Source of the DNA: a virus
Taxonomy: Duplodnaviria; Caudoviricetes
Reading direction: 5' to 3' (one strand)
IMG/VR virus record: IMGVR_UViG_3300046690_000230
Coordinates: 2,191 to 66,190 of that record
Length of the DNA stretch: 64,000 nt
Each line of letters opens with the position of its first letter. Position 1 is the stretch's first letter. The notes under the pieces were generated by a model. It was not told the DNA's origin. It saw only the letters and a list, made by a program, of their open reading frames with translations, and made no database searches. Of this stretch, positions 7,984 through 17,371 are shown one piece after another. The position numbers and the translations under genes were made by a program.

Positions 7984-8552
7984 GGTGATACACCGCCTTT
8001 TTGTGTGCCTTGCTTCCCGGTGCAAGGCTACCGCCGTGCTAGAGATGCGCCAAACGTAGAACGTAGAGCAAGACCGCGCCAATGAAACCAACACCAACGA
8101 CCGCGCTGGCCAGCCGGCTAATGAGAGTAAGCATTGCAAAACCTTTCCGGGCTAAAGCCCTAGCGTGTCTCCGCTTTAGCTAACACCTTGGCAAATTCGG
8201 CCATTTTCAGCGCTGCTTTCTTGGTGCGCGTGCCTTCGATCGAATGAGGGAACTGTACGCTCCACTTGCTCGCCGCGCTCCAATCGTCCCGCCAGACTTC
8301 GCCTACTTGGTGCTTTTGCTTTTCCATTTCCTTCCCTCCCCTATAGAATCGTTCCGCTACCGCTAGGCTTGCCCTGCTTGTTTTAGGGCGTCACTAGGGC
8401 TGATGTAACTTTGCGAATTTAATCGTACAAATTCTGCAAAATGAATCAGTTCATTTTCAATCTGCCAAGGCACTAAAGATTTACTGTAAATCAGTTGCGC
8501 CAATTCCCGTGCTCGCTCCTGTATCGTCACGTTTGTCTTCCCTTCCCAGTCT

Positions 8553-8768
8553 TTATTGCGCTGACCTCGTATCGAAAACGACTTTGCCGCCTTGCAAAAC
8601 TTGAGCGAAATAGCCTTTCCGCACATGCTTAGGCCGATTCGCCCATTCCCGCGCTACCTCAACAGACCGCTCCATCTCTCGAAACTCTGCTAGATGCATC
8701 AAATAATCGCCACTCGCAACTCGCGCTATCGTCTGCAAACTAAGTGGGTTATTGAATTCGTTGGCCAT
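8553..8768 (-). CDS. hypothetical protein
   Basis: SD GGGGGAG before the ATG. Confidence 0.55.
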   Translation of the reverse strand: MANEFNNPLSLQTIARVASGDYLMHLAEFREMERSVEVAREWANRPKHVRKGYFAQVLQGGKVVFDTRSAQ

Positions 8769-8836
8769 GCTCCCCCTCGCTCTACCGCTGAGTACGCTTC
8801 ATAGTGCCCACTACGAGAATGGGCACGAGAAAAGTA

Positions 8837-9175
8837 CTACCGCAACTCATATTGAGCGCAATTGTAGGGTTTCGAGAATTGATTGTATGCGCGGCAAATG
8901 ACACGTTCCGCCAGTCGGCCTACGTGAAACTGTTTTTCTTCGAGCCACAACACGCGCCGCGCTAACGAATAATCCACTTCTGCCCAAGGTTTGCCGCTAT
9001 TCAGTCCGCACATTGCATTATGTGCATGCAAATACGGCATATTAGGGTCTAGGCCGGCCATGCCAGCCGTGCGCCGCGCATCGCTATCCATCATGCGCTC
9101 TGTACGCTCTGCCATTTCCCGTACTCGCCGCGCTACTTGCTGCCATGCTGCAAATTCTGCTTGCCAGTTGCTCAT
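8837..9175 (-). CDS. hypothetical protein, first gene of the leftward early cluster
   Basis: SD GGGGAGG; downstream of the promoter at 9219-9247. Confidence 0.65.
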   Translation of the reverse strand: MSNWQAEFAAWQQVARRVREMAERTERMMDSDARRTAGMAGLDPNMPYLHAHNAMCGLNSGKPWAEVDYSLARRVLWLEEKQFHVGRLAERVICRAYNQFSKPYNCAQYELR

Positions 9176-9218
9176 TTGCTTGCGCCTCCCCGCGCTACAC
9201 CATCTAACTTACTTGACT

Positions 9219-9247
9219 ATCATAGGGAAAACACAGAATCCAGTCAA
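9219..9247 (-). promoter_or_regulatory. leftward sigma70-type promoter
   Basis: TTGACT-17 nt-TATGAT. Confidence 0.7.
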
Positions 9248-9455
9248 GCTGTCAGTAATACCAGCGAAGGAAAATAGAACGTTTTCAATCACTTACAAAT
9301 GGGTCAAATACTCCCCGTTTGTTACATTTCTACCCCATTCTGTACTGGACATACTGTGACACGTGGCTACTTTCACGCCATTTCAGTAACAAAACGTTAC
9401 ATCACAGCGTCTAAGAATGTTACTAGCAGTACTCAAAAGATATATACTCTTACGC

Positions 9456-9484
9456 TTGACAGGATGAAAAAGGATATATAAAGT
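9456..9484 (+). promoter_or_regulatory. rightward sigma70-type promoter
   Basis: TTGACA-17 nt-TAAAGT, 6 nt before ATG 9491. Confidence 0.55.
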
Positions 9485-9490
9485 ATATGC

Positions 9491-9784
9491 ATGAAGGCAA
9501 TTCTGCTGAAAATACCGGACGAACAGTATATACATTGGATAGATCGGTCTAAGATACTGGGATTGAGTTTATCGGCTTGGATTCGATTGCAATGCAATGG
9601 AGCAACTAATCACAATACGGACGTGTCACGGGCTCATACGCCTGTTGAACGGAGCGCAGTTGCCGCCCGATCTGTCCCTGTACGAGATACGCCACTACCA
9701 GCCGGCATGTGCCCACACCATCACCAACGCGGCGAGCTCTGCTACAAGTGTGATAGCAAGTTCGGCCAACCGGCCTTGTCATGA
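9491..9784 (+). CDS. RHH-like regulator with C-terminal Cys/His cluster
   Basis: MKAILLKIPDEQY..W...LGLSLSAWIR; CPHH..CYKC. Confidence 0.55.
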   Translation: MKAILLKIPDEQYIHWIDRSKILGLSLSAWIRLQCNGATNHNTDVSRAHTPVERSAVAARSVPVRDTPLPAGMCPHHHQRGELCYKCDSKFGQPALS

Positions 9785-10020
9785 CCAGTCCACAGCTTAG
9801 TCCTTAGTCGCCCGTAAGCGTGTCGCACGCATCCCCCTGCCACTAACTACCATTCCCCCGCCGATCGTGCGCCAAATCGCCTGCAAATGGCCTCTACGGG
9901 CCTATCTAGCGTATGGCATAGAGCGCATTGGCCTAGTCTCCGAGTTGTCCGTACCTGGGAAGCGGCGGCGCGGCGGCTAGTCTCAGGGCTTGCTGGCTTC
10001 TTTTTTTTATTTTATTTTCA

Positions 10021-10049
10021 TTGACACGAAACGCTTACTTACCTATGAT
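10021..10049 (+). promoter_or_regulatory. rightward sigma70-type promoter with T-rich upstream element
   Basis: TTGACA-17 nt-TATGAT preceded by a T-tract at 10000-10018. Confidence 0.7.
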
Positions 10050-10323
10050 AGTCCCATGCCGTATAGAACATTGCATAAAGGGAATTTATTTGTGTGGGGG
10101 TATGCCGTATTTTTGTCTCTGACTGCTATTTTAGCATTATGGTTGGTGGCGCGGTGATGGGGTGTGAGGAGCCTGGGAAGTGTACTTGTTGTGGGGAGAA
10201 TACTTGGTGTGAGAACTCAGAGCGGGGGTTTATGGAGTGGGTGGTAGTGGCGCGGTTGGGGGTGTATTCGTTTGTGATTGGCGGGGTAGTAGGGGTGGTG
10301 GCGGTGTGGATTGGGGGTTGGTT

Positions 10324-10563
10324 ATGGCACCTAGGGCGATAGGGAGTTTAGTGGCGCAGTGGCGCGATGCGGCTAAATCTACGACTCTGCAGGACGTATA
10401 CAGCGATGAAGCGGGGCCGTATTTTGAGTGTGCTCAGGAGTTAGAATCGTTGTTGCGTGAGTGGGATGAATATTTAGCGCATGTCACGACAGTGAGCCTT
10501 CCTACGACGGGGATACAGCAAATCATCCGTCATAATATTTTTGGTCTGAAGGAGTCCAAGTGA
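10324..10563 (+). CDS. hypothetical protein
   Basis: MAPRAIGSLVAQWRDAA...FECAQELE. Confidence 0.5.
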   Translation: MAPRAIGSLVAQWRDAAKSTTLQDVYSDEAGPYFECAQELESLLREWDEYLAHVTTVSLPTTGIQQIIRHNIFGLKESK

Positions 10564-10830
10564 TAACGAATTACTGGCGGCGGTGGCTGGGACGGCGCAT
10601 GACGTTTCGCTTGCGGCGCTATCGCGATGAGTTTTAGGCGGCTGTGGATGGAGGTGAGGTTTGCTTGGCGCATTTGGCGTTCTCCTAAGTATTCTGGCGA
10701 GCGTCATGTGCTCAAAGTGCTGCGAAATTCCTGCCGTTCCATGTACTCCGATCTTGATATCGATTTCCATGACTATCATAAGTAGTATCGGCAGTTGATA
10801 CGTAGATAGAACTTTAAAAAAGACTATGAT

Positions 10831-11181
10831 ATGACATTGATTATTGATAAAGCATGGGGCCGAGAGGAAGTACTAGTCAACGCCGAGGAGTACTGTGCGA
10901 AGTGGCTCATCATTGAACCGATGAAGCGGTGCTCGATGCACTATCACCCCATCAAGAAGGAAACCTTCGTAGTCATTCGTGGAAAGGTTCTCCTTGAGCA
11001 GCGCGACGTGCGTGGTCTTCCCATCGAAGAGTCTCTCTACCCTGGCGACAGCCGCACCATCATGCCTAAGACCCCGCACCGCTTCTCTTCCGTCCTAGGT
11101 GCCAAGATTCTGGAGATTTCGACCCATCACGAAGATTTGGATTGCATTCGATTGGAACCATCGGGGGATATGCGGCAATGA
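10831..11181 (+). CDS. cupin protein (mannose-6-phosphate isomerase type II / sugar isomerase-like)
   Basis: KAWGRE, CSMHYHPIKKETFVV, HRF, ILEISTHH cupin motifs. Confidence 0.8.
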   Translation: MTLIIDKAWGREEVLVNAEEYCAKWLIIEPMKRCSMHYHPIKKETFVVIRGKVLLEQRDVRGLPIEESLYPGDSRTIMPKTPHRFSSVLGAKILEISTHHEDLDCIRLEPSGDMRQ

Positions 11182-11741
11182 AGCAGTGTAAGATGTGCTT
11201 GAAATTCCTAGAAGCTACCACTGTCAATTTTCACAGGCATCCTCAAACTAAAGATCGGTTGGACACTAGATGTAAGCCATGTTTCCATGATCGCATTTCT
11301 TATAAGAGAAAGACTCCTGCCGAGAAAAGAAAAGCTGTAGAAAGAACAGACCACTACAGAAAAAGAAATTCAGAAAAGATCAAAGCATGGCGGAGAGAGT
11401 ATGAGAGCCGTCCAGAAGTTAGAGAGAGGACTCGCCTATATGCCAAAAGGAAAAGAACCGAATACGTGTATGGCATTACTAATGAACAGGTCTCTGAAAT
11501 TTTAGAACGCCAGAATGGTTTGTGTGGTCTTTGTAAGGAACCTTTGGAAAAAGGTCGTAGGCAAACTATCGACCATAACCATAGAACTGGAAAGGTCCGA
11601 GGCATTTTGCATCAGAAGTGCAACACCATATTAGGTTTTCATGAAAGTAATCCAAGCCTGTATTCCAAGATTCTTGAATACCTTAAAGAGTATTCAGATG
11701 ACGGATTTGCGCCTATCATAGCGAAACTGCTTGACACGTAG
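11178..11741 (+). CDS. endonuclease VII-type homing endonuclease
   Basis: QNGLCGLC...IDHNHRTGKVRGILHQKCN. Confidence 0.85.
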   Translation: MKQCKMCLKFLEATTVNFHRHPQTKDRLDTRCKPCFHDRISYKRKTPAEKRKAVERTDHYRKRNSEKIKAWRREYESRPEVRERTRLYAKRKRTEYVYGITNEQVSEILERQNGLCGLCKEPLEKGRRQTIDHNHRTGKVRGILHQKCNTILGFHESNPSLYSKILEYLKEYSDDGFAPIIAKLLDT

Positions 11742-11929
11742 TTATAATATCCATATACATGATGGCGTGGAACATCTTTGCCCAACCTGTGGAGAGAAAT
11801 TCGATTGTGGGCGGAAGTTCTGCGATGGCGACCCGAATGTTCCTTGTAAACCATGCGCGGAGAAGGCTAGGGCTTTGATTCGTCAGTGGGCTGATAACAT
11901 CCAAAAATATGGAAGGCCAGAAGGTCCAC

Positions 11930-12490
11930 ATGGAACGCCTTGAAATCGCCATCCGGCCTCCTTTGCCCAAGACTGTAGAGAAGTTACGCGAGCGCTACAG
12001 GCAGTTGAAGGACGCCAGGGCGGTCATCGATGAAGAGATCAAAGCGATTCTCTCGACGCACAGCGACATGGCGGAGGCGCGAAGGTTCCATTGCCAGCGC
12101 TGTCACTATGACTGGACTCCGAAGATCATCCGCATCAGCGACCCTAAGCAGTGCCCGAACTGCCATTCAAGCTATTGGAGCCGTCCCCGCCAACTAATAC
12201 GCACCGTCAAACCGCCAGCCGCAGGTGGAAACAGATGGGTCAAGAAGAAAATCATCATCCCCGACCCAATCGAAGCGCCGACTGGAGCCGCATTAGCGGC
12301 AGCCCTTCCCGCACTGCACGACGCACTGATGCTCGCTCCCCCTCCACCGCCCCCGCTTTCCTTAAAAGAACGTCTTGCTCAGTTCGCCTCCAAGACCGAT
12401 GACGCCATGCAACTCGTTGAAACCATCAAGGAAGAAAAACAGGAACAGGAAGCAATCGAGGCCATCAATGCCACTGACGATTGCACCTAA
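11930..12490 (+). CDS. zinc-ribbon protein
   Basis: CQRCHYDWTP...PKQCPNCHSSYW. Confidence 0.65.
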   Translation: MERLEIAIRPPLPKTVEKLRERYRQLKDARAVIDEEIKAILSTHSDMAEARRFHCQRCHYDWTPKIIRISDPKQCPNCHSSYWSRPRQLIRTVKPPAAGGNRWVKKKIIIPDPIEAPTGAALAAALPALHDALMLAPPPPPPLSLKERLAQFASKTDDAMQLVETIKEEKQEQEAIEAINATDDCT

Positions 12491-12778
12491 AACGGAAAAG
12501 CGTATCGCCTTCCGCTGGAAGCAGTGGATTCCCTGGGCCACGCACCACATCCACGAGCAAGGCGAATCCACTGACAAATTTCTGACTATCATAGAGCTTC
12601 TACATCACTCGCGGGTAGTCACTTGTCTAGCACTCGGCCTAAACTGGGGTACTATACGTCGTAGGAAGCTCGACAATCCGCTGGTTTCCGATGAAGACTT
12701 TCAACATGCTGTGTATTTGGCCTCGGTATCTGGTTATATAGGCATGAAGCACGGCGTGCGCCGCACAAAGGAGCAAAA

Positions 12779-13087
12779 GTGCCAGAAGTTAATGAAAACG
12801 CTCTGATGCATATGCGGTTGGGACGCTGGCTGAAAAATCCCAATAAGCCTTCTGTTTTTGCTTGGCTTTCCTGCACGCCGACTGAGCAGAGAGTTCCTGG
12901 CGAATTTTATGCATTGAAAGTGGAAGTCGATAAAAAAGAAGTGGAAGGAAAGTCTTGGGAAGAAATTCTTTCTATTGTTCAATGGAAGCTAGACATAGCT
13001 CTTGGCCTAATGGAATCTTTCCGAGTACATCCTCCAGATTTGAAGAATCCGCTAACAGGAGAATACACAGATGCCCAGCACGGCTGA
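12779..13087 (+). CDS. hypothetical protein
   Basis: ORF overlapping neighbours. Confidence 0.5.
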   Translation: MPEVNENALMHMRLGRWLKNPNKPSVFAWLSCTPTEQRVPGEFYALKVEVDKKEVEGKSWEEILSIVQWKLDIALGLMESFRVHPPDLKNPLTGEYTDAQHG

Positions 13088-13514
13088 GAAAGTAGTCAAC
13101 AAGGCTTTAAGCGGAGCGGAGATGAAAGAAATCATCCGCAAGGACTTCGACCGCCTGCTCGACAACTGCGGCGAACTCTCGCACTACGTCGCCTACGGCA
13201 AGGCCGGTTGGAAGATTCTCCTCACTCTCCAGACTGGTAACGCCCGTTCCCCTGAGTCATCTTCCACCATTGAAGGCGGCGACCCAGTTGATGAAATCAC
13301 CGGAGCGAAGGAACTGGAGCACCAGTTCGATTCCCCCAACCAGGAACGTCTCATCGCGGGTATGCCCATTCCCGTCGTCACCAAGGCGCTCGACGGCACT
13401 ACGCAGACCCAGATGGTGCAGTACCCTCCACAGCCTGAACTAGAAGCCGATATGAAGCTATCTGATGTTACGCCTCGCGAAAAAGACAAGCTGTGGCGCA
13501 AGAAGAATCCATGA
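13071..13514 (+). CDS. hypothetical protein
   Basis: SD AGGAG, plausible composition. Confidence 0.65.
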   Translation: MPSTAEKVVNKALSGAEMKEIIRKDFDRLLDNCGELSHYVAYGKAGWKILLTLQTGNARSPESSSTIEGGDPVDEITGAKELEHQFDSPNQERLIAGMPIPVVTKALDGTTQTQMVQYPPQPELEADMKLSDVTPREKDKLWRKKNP

Positions 13515-13775
13515 ATAAGCGTACCCAAAATAGACTCTTGAAGCATTTTTACAATGCTATCAAGCAATCTCCTATTCCGATGACGGCTCGTGCTGTATTA
13601 CATTTCTGTCCAAAACATCCGGTACGTTGGTTTATTACGATTGAACCTAAACCTCTAAAAAGGAAACGGACTTGATGTTTTATGGTGCATGTTTTTTTCT
13701 AATAGGAGTTTGTATCGGATGGATATTTGGTTTTGCTACTGGATTGGGAGAAATTAGCAAGTTTAAAAGAAATCC

Positions 13776-14009
13776 ATGAAACTACTTCAGCGATTCAGTC
13801 TTCTTAGGCGTTTGGCCGTGGCGCAGGAGCGCACTGCTGACGCACTGGAGCGCATCGCAACAATCGCTGAAGATAATTGGGCACAGAAGCACGCTCCAGT
13901 GAAGCGCACACCCGCAGAATTTGGTACTCTCGACCTCGACTGGATGAACGAGCGTTACGCACAGGAAGAAGCAGCCCGCGCCGCAGGTTTTGAACTCGAT
14001 GAGGATTAG
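13776..14009 (+). CDS. hypothetical protein
   Basis: ORF overlapping the next gene. Confidence 0.55.
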   Translation: MKLLQRFSLLRRLAVAQERTADALERIATIAEDNWAQKHAPVKRTPAEFGTLDLDWMNERYAQEEAARAAGFELDED

Positions 14010-14613
14010 AGCCTACTACAAGAAGTTAGGCATCACGCCGGAACAAGTCGAAGCCCTGCCAAAAATAACCAAGCACCTAAAAAAGCTGATGTCAGAAATG
14101 CCCGCCAAGGACATGCCGGATGACATTGAGTACTACCTGGAAGCCGCAGCAGACCCTGTAGCCATGAAAGTGAAGCAGAAACGTAGCTTACTCAATTACA
14201 ACCAGAAGAAGCGTATTTCCCTAGAAGAACTCTGTGCCGCCGCCGAAGTCTCTCCCCACGACCTGCAAAGCGCCATCATGGACGCCATCCACAGACTATT
14301 CCGCTACGATGCGACATTCAGACTGTCTTCCGCTCAGACCGATGTAGCCGATAAGACAGTGAACATGGCGCTTACCGATGAAGGTTTCAAGGACCGCGAG
14401 ATGTATATGAAGATTGTGGGCTTGATGCCGCAACCGAAGGGCGCTCAAACGCTCATCAACGTCACGCAGCACGCCCAGCACTCGCCACAGACCATCGTCA
14501 TGGCTCCATCGGCTGATAGCTCCATCCGCCGACTTTCAGATAGAATGAACAAGCTCTTGCCGGCAGCCGAGGTCGTAGATGTACTCGCGGAACAAAATAC
14601 AGAAGAGGATTGA
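13999..14613 (+). CDS. putative terminase small subunit
   Basis: Helical protein directly upstream of and overlapping terL; positional inference. Confidence 0.45.
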   Translation: MRIRAYYKKLGITPEQVEALPKITKHLKKLMSEMPAKDMPDDIEYYLEAAADPVAMKVKQKRSLLNYNQKKRISLEELCAAAEVSPHDLQSAIMDAIHRLFRYDATFRLSSAQTDVADKTVNMALTDEGFKDREMYMKIVGLMPQPKGAQTLINVTQHAQHSPQTIVMAPSADSSIRRLSDRMNKLLPAAEVVDVLAEQNTEED

Positions 14614-16780
14614 AATAGCGGAGACGGAGTTTCGTCTAGCCCCTGAGTACCACTCTGTCGAGGATGTCATCGCTTTCGAGAGTCACCTTCACAGCAAGGG
14701 CATGTACATTCTCGATGATTCAGGCCATATCAAGGGGATACAAAACCTCACCGACTTCGAGCACGACTGGATGCTCAATGAACAAATCCTCTGCAAGTGC
14801 GATGCGGATTACTTCCTGACCCGCTACGCCTTTCTGATTGATGACATGGGTGTAATCAGGCGTTACATTCACCGCGTAGCGCAGCGCATCATGTTCAATA
14901 TCATTGCGGATTTGGAGGAACGGGAATCTTCCATCGAGCTACAAATCCTCAAAGCAAGACAGCTTGGCGCAACGACACTTACACAGGCTCTCATCTGCCA
15001 CCGCATCGTGTTTGGTTACGGTGTAAACGCCATCTCAGGTAGCGCCGACCAGCAGAAGACGGCCATCATGGCCAACAAGATGTTCCTGACCTACGACATG
15101 CTTCCAGTGTGGTTGAAGCCAGAAGCCACAGGCCGATCACGCACCGAACGTGGCTATTTGACCTTCGCCAAAACGATGTCAGGCGTCAGTTTCCAGCACG
15201 GAGCTCAGATGTCTGGTATCGCACGAGGCACCACGCCCACGGTCTATCATTTATCTGAGTGCGCTTCTTTCACCAATCCTGAACAGCAGATTGAGGCTTC
15301 TCTTTTCAAAGCGGTTCACGCTTCTCCGGCGATTTTCGGTGTGCTTGAATCGACAGGAGAAGGTGACAAGAATTGGTGGGCCAATACCTGGCGCATTTCC
15401 AAAACAGAATGGAAGCGCAACCGTTCGCGTCTGTGTCCTCTCTTCCTTCCGTGGTTCACGGCGAACAATCTCTATCCCACGCCGACATGGTTGCGGATGC
15501 GGCCTGTGCCAGAAGACTGGGTGCCTAACGTAGAGACTCGTGCCCACACGGCTAAATCGGAACTATTCGTTCGCTCTAATTCACTGCTAAACAAGCAACT
15601 AGGTGCTGACTTCAAACTTCCCAAGGAACAGCAGTGGTGGTGGGAAGTCGAGCATGAGCAAGCCAAGATGAAAGGATTGGAGCCTGGATTCCTGCAAGAG
15701 TACTGCGGCGACGATGAAGAAGCTCTGCAACGCTCTACCACTGGCGTTTTTGGTGCCGATGCCATCATCGAGATAGACTCTCAGCGGGAAAGAGACTACG
15801 AATGTTTCGCCATCGTAGGGCAGTCTGTCGAGCAGGACCACGAACCACCTACAGACTGCATAGATTATGAAAAGACTAGAATCCCCGTGCGCTACACCAA
15901 CATGCGGGAAGAAAGCTATCGCTGGGAACTAATCCCTCTGAGATTCAGTCCTCCGCTACGAGAGAACATGCCCGAAGATGCTACTGGAGTTCTCTTTATC
16001 TGGCACCATCCCCAGCAAGGGGTTCGTTACGCCATAGGAGTAGACACGGGCGGCGGTCTAGGTGAGGACTCGACTTGCATCTCCGTGTGGGCATTGGGTA
16101 CTGGCGACCAACAGGATGTGCAAGTAGCTGAATACACTTCGGCTTATGTTTCGCACGTAGAGAGTTTCGCCTTTGTAATCGCTCTGGCTGCCTACTACAA
16201 GTCCGCAATGAATCCAGACCTAACAGGATGGAAGGAACCATACGTCAGCATCGAGCAACTAAAGGCAGTAGGTGATGTGGCTCAGGTGCAGATGGCCAAG
16301 ATGGGCTACACCAACTTCCACATGTTCAGCCGCTATGATGGCAAGAATCCCAATGAGGACAAGCGAAGAAGTAGGAGACGTGGCTGGTACACCAATTCAT
16401 GGTCCAGACCGATTCTGACAGGCTATTTCGTGACCTGGGCCAAGAACCACTGGATAAAAATAAACAGTCCGTGGCTTATCGAAGAGTGCAAGACATTCGA
16501 GCAGAAGGTGACGGCAACGGGTAAGCAGAAGATGGAGCACGAAGACGGTTGTTACGATGACCGTATCTTTGCAGCGGCGATGGCTACTTTCTGCCCCCAC
16601 GACAGCGACCCAATGGTGCATAGGAGCAAGAAACGGACCATAGAAAACCAAGTTCTGCCGTCGCTGGACCTGCGCCCTTACGTGGCAAATACGTTCAGCT
16701 ACAAAGACCTGGAACAAAGAAACGTTGCATCCATAGAGGATTTGCTTGATAGTAGCAACCAACTGGAGAGGTTCCGATGA
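14579..16780 (+). CDS. terL: terminase large subunit
   Basis: Walker A ILKARQLGATT, Walker B YHLSECA, coupling motif EST, nuclease IGVDTGGG..DS and DDRIFA. Confidence 0.93.
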   Translation: MYSRNKIQKRIEIAETEFRLAPEYHSVEDVIAFESHLHSKGMYILDDSGHIKGIQNLTDFEHDWMLNEQILCKCDADYFLTRYAFLIDDMGVIRRYIHRVAQRIMFNIIADLEERESSIELQILKARQLGATTLTQALICHRIVFGYGVNAISGSADQQKTAIMANKMFLTYDMLPVWLKPEATGRSRTERGYLTFAKTMSGVSFQHGAQMSGIARGTTPTVYHLSECASFTNPEQQIEASLFKAVHASPAIFGVLESTGEGDKNWWANTWRISKTEWKRNRSRLCPLFLPWFTANNLYPTPTWLRMRPVPEDWVPNVETRAHTAKSELFVRSNSLLNKQLGADFKLPKEQQWWWEVEHEQAKMKGLEPGFLQEYCGDDEEALQRSTTGVFGADAIIEIDSQRERDYECFAIVGQSVEQDHEPPTDCIDYEKTRIPVRYTNMREESYRWELIPLRFSPPLRENMPEDATGVLFIWHHPQQGVRYAIGVDTGGGLGEDSTCISVWALGTGDQQDVQVAEYTSAYVSHVESFAFVIALAAYYKSAMNPDLTGWKEPYVSIEQLKAVGDVAQVQMAKMGYTNFHMFSRYDGKNPNEDKRRSRRRGWYTNSWSRPILTGYFVTWAKNHWIKINSPWLIEECKTFEQKVTATGKQKMEHEDGCYDDRIFAAAMATFCPHDSDPMVHRSKKRTIENQVLPSLDLRPYVANTFSYKDLEQRNVASIEDLLDSSNQLERFR

Positions 16781-16921
16781 AGTGGAAGATTACTCGAATC
16801 CGACAGCAGATTTCTCCTGGCTATCTGGTTTGGCATTTTGACTGGTACGCTACCAATGGCGAGAAATTCTGGCTGGCCCCTACTTTTGAATGGATTAGAA
16901 GGAAAGTTTGGGAGGAATTGA

Positions 16922-17371
16922 GTGCTTAAACCGGGCTGTATACCTGCGATTATTTACTTTGAATACCGAAACGGTCACGTCACACTGGCACCGTTCACGG
17001 ATTGCCCAACTCCAGAAGGGTCTATTCGCAAGGAAGCCGATACTCTTTCACAGGCAGACAAATTAGAAGCACGCCTTCAGCAACAGGAAAGAGAACAGTT
17101 AGAACGTGAAATGGAATATGAGGAAGCGTTGTTTGAGGGACGTAAGCAAGCAATTCGTGACAGGATGTATGCTCGTTCAATTTCCTCCGCTACTTCTGCA
17201 TTTGAAAAAGAACTTTTGCAATTATATCCACTATTGAAAGATGAACAAAAGAAAGCCAAATATCGCCAGCGCTTGTTAGAACATCAGTTCTATTTGTACG
17301 CAAGGCACAACAATCTTGGTGATCGTGACGCATCGAAAGAGGAAGTCAACTTGGACAAGGTGAACTTCTAG
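16922..17371 (+). CDS. hypothetical protein between terL and portal
   Basis: Coiled-coil-like ORF, stop overlaps the portal start. Confidence 0.65.
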   Translation: MLKPGCIPAIIYFEYRNGHVTLAPFTDCPTPEGSIRKEADTLSQADKLEARLQQQEREQLEREMEYEEALFEGRKQAIRDRMYARSISSATSAFEKELLQLYPLLKDEQKKAKYRQRLLEHQFYLYARHNNLGDRDASKEEVNLDKVNF

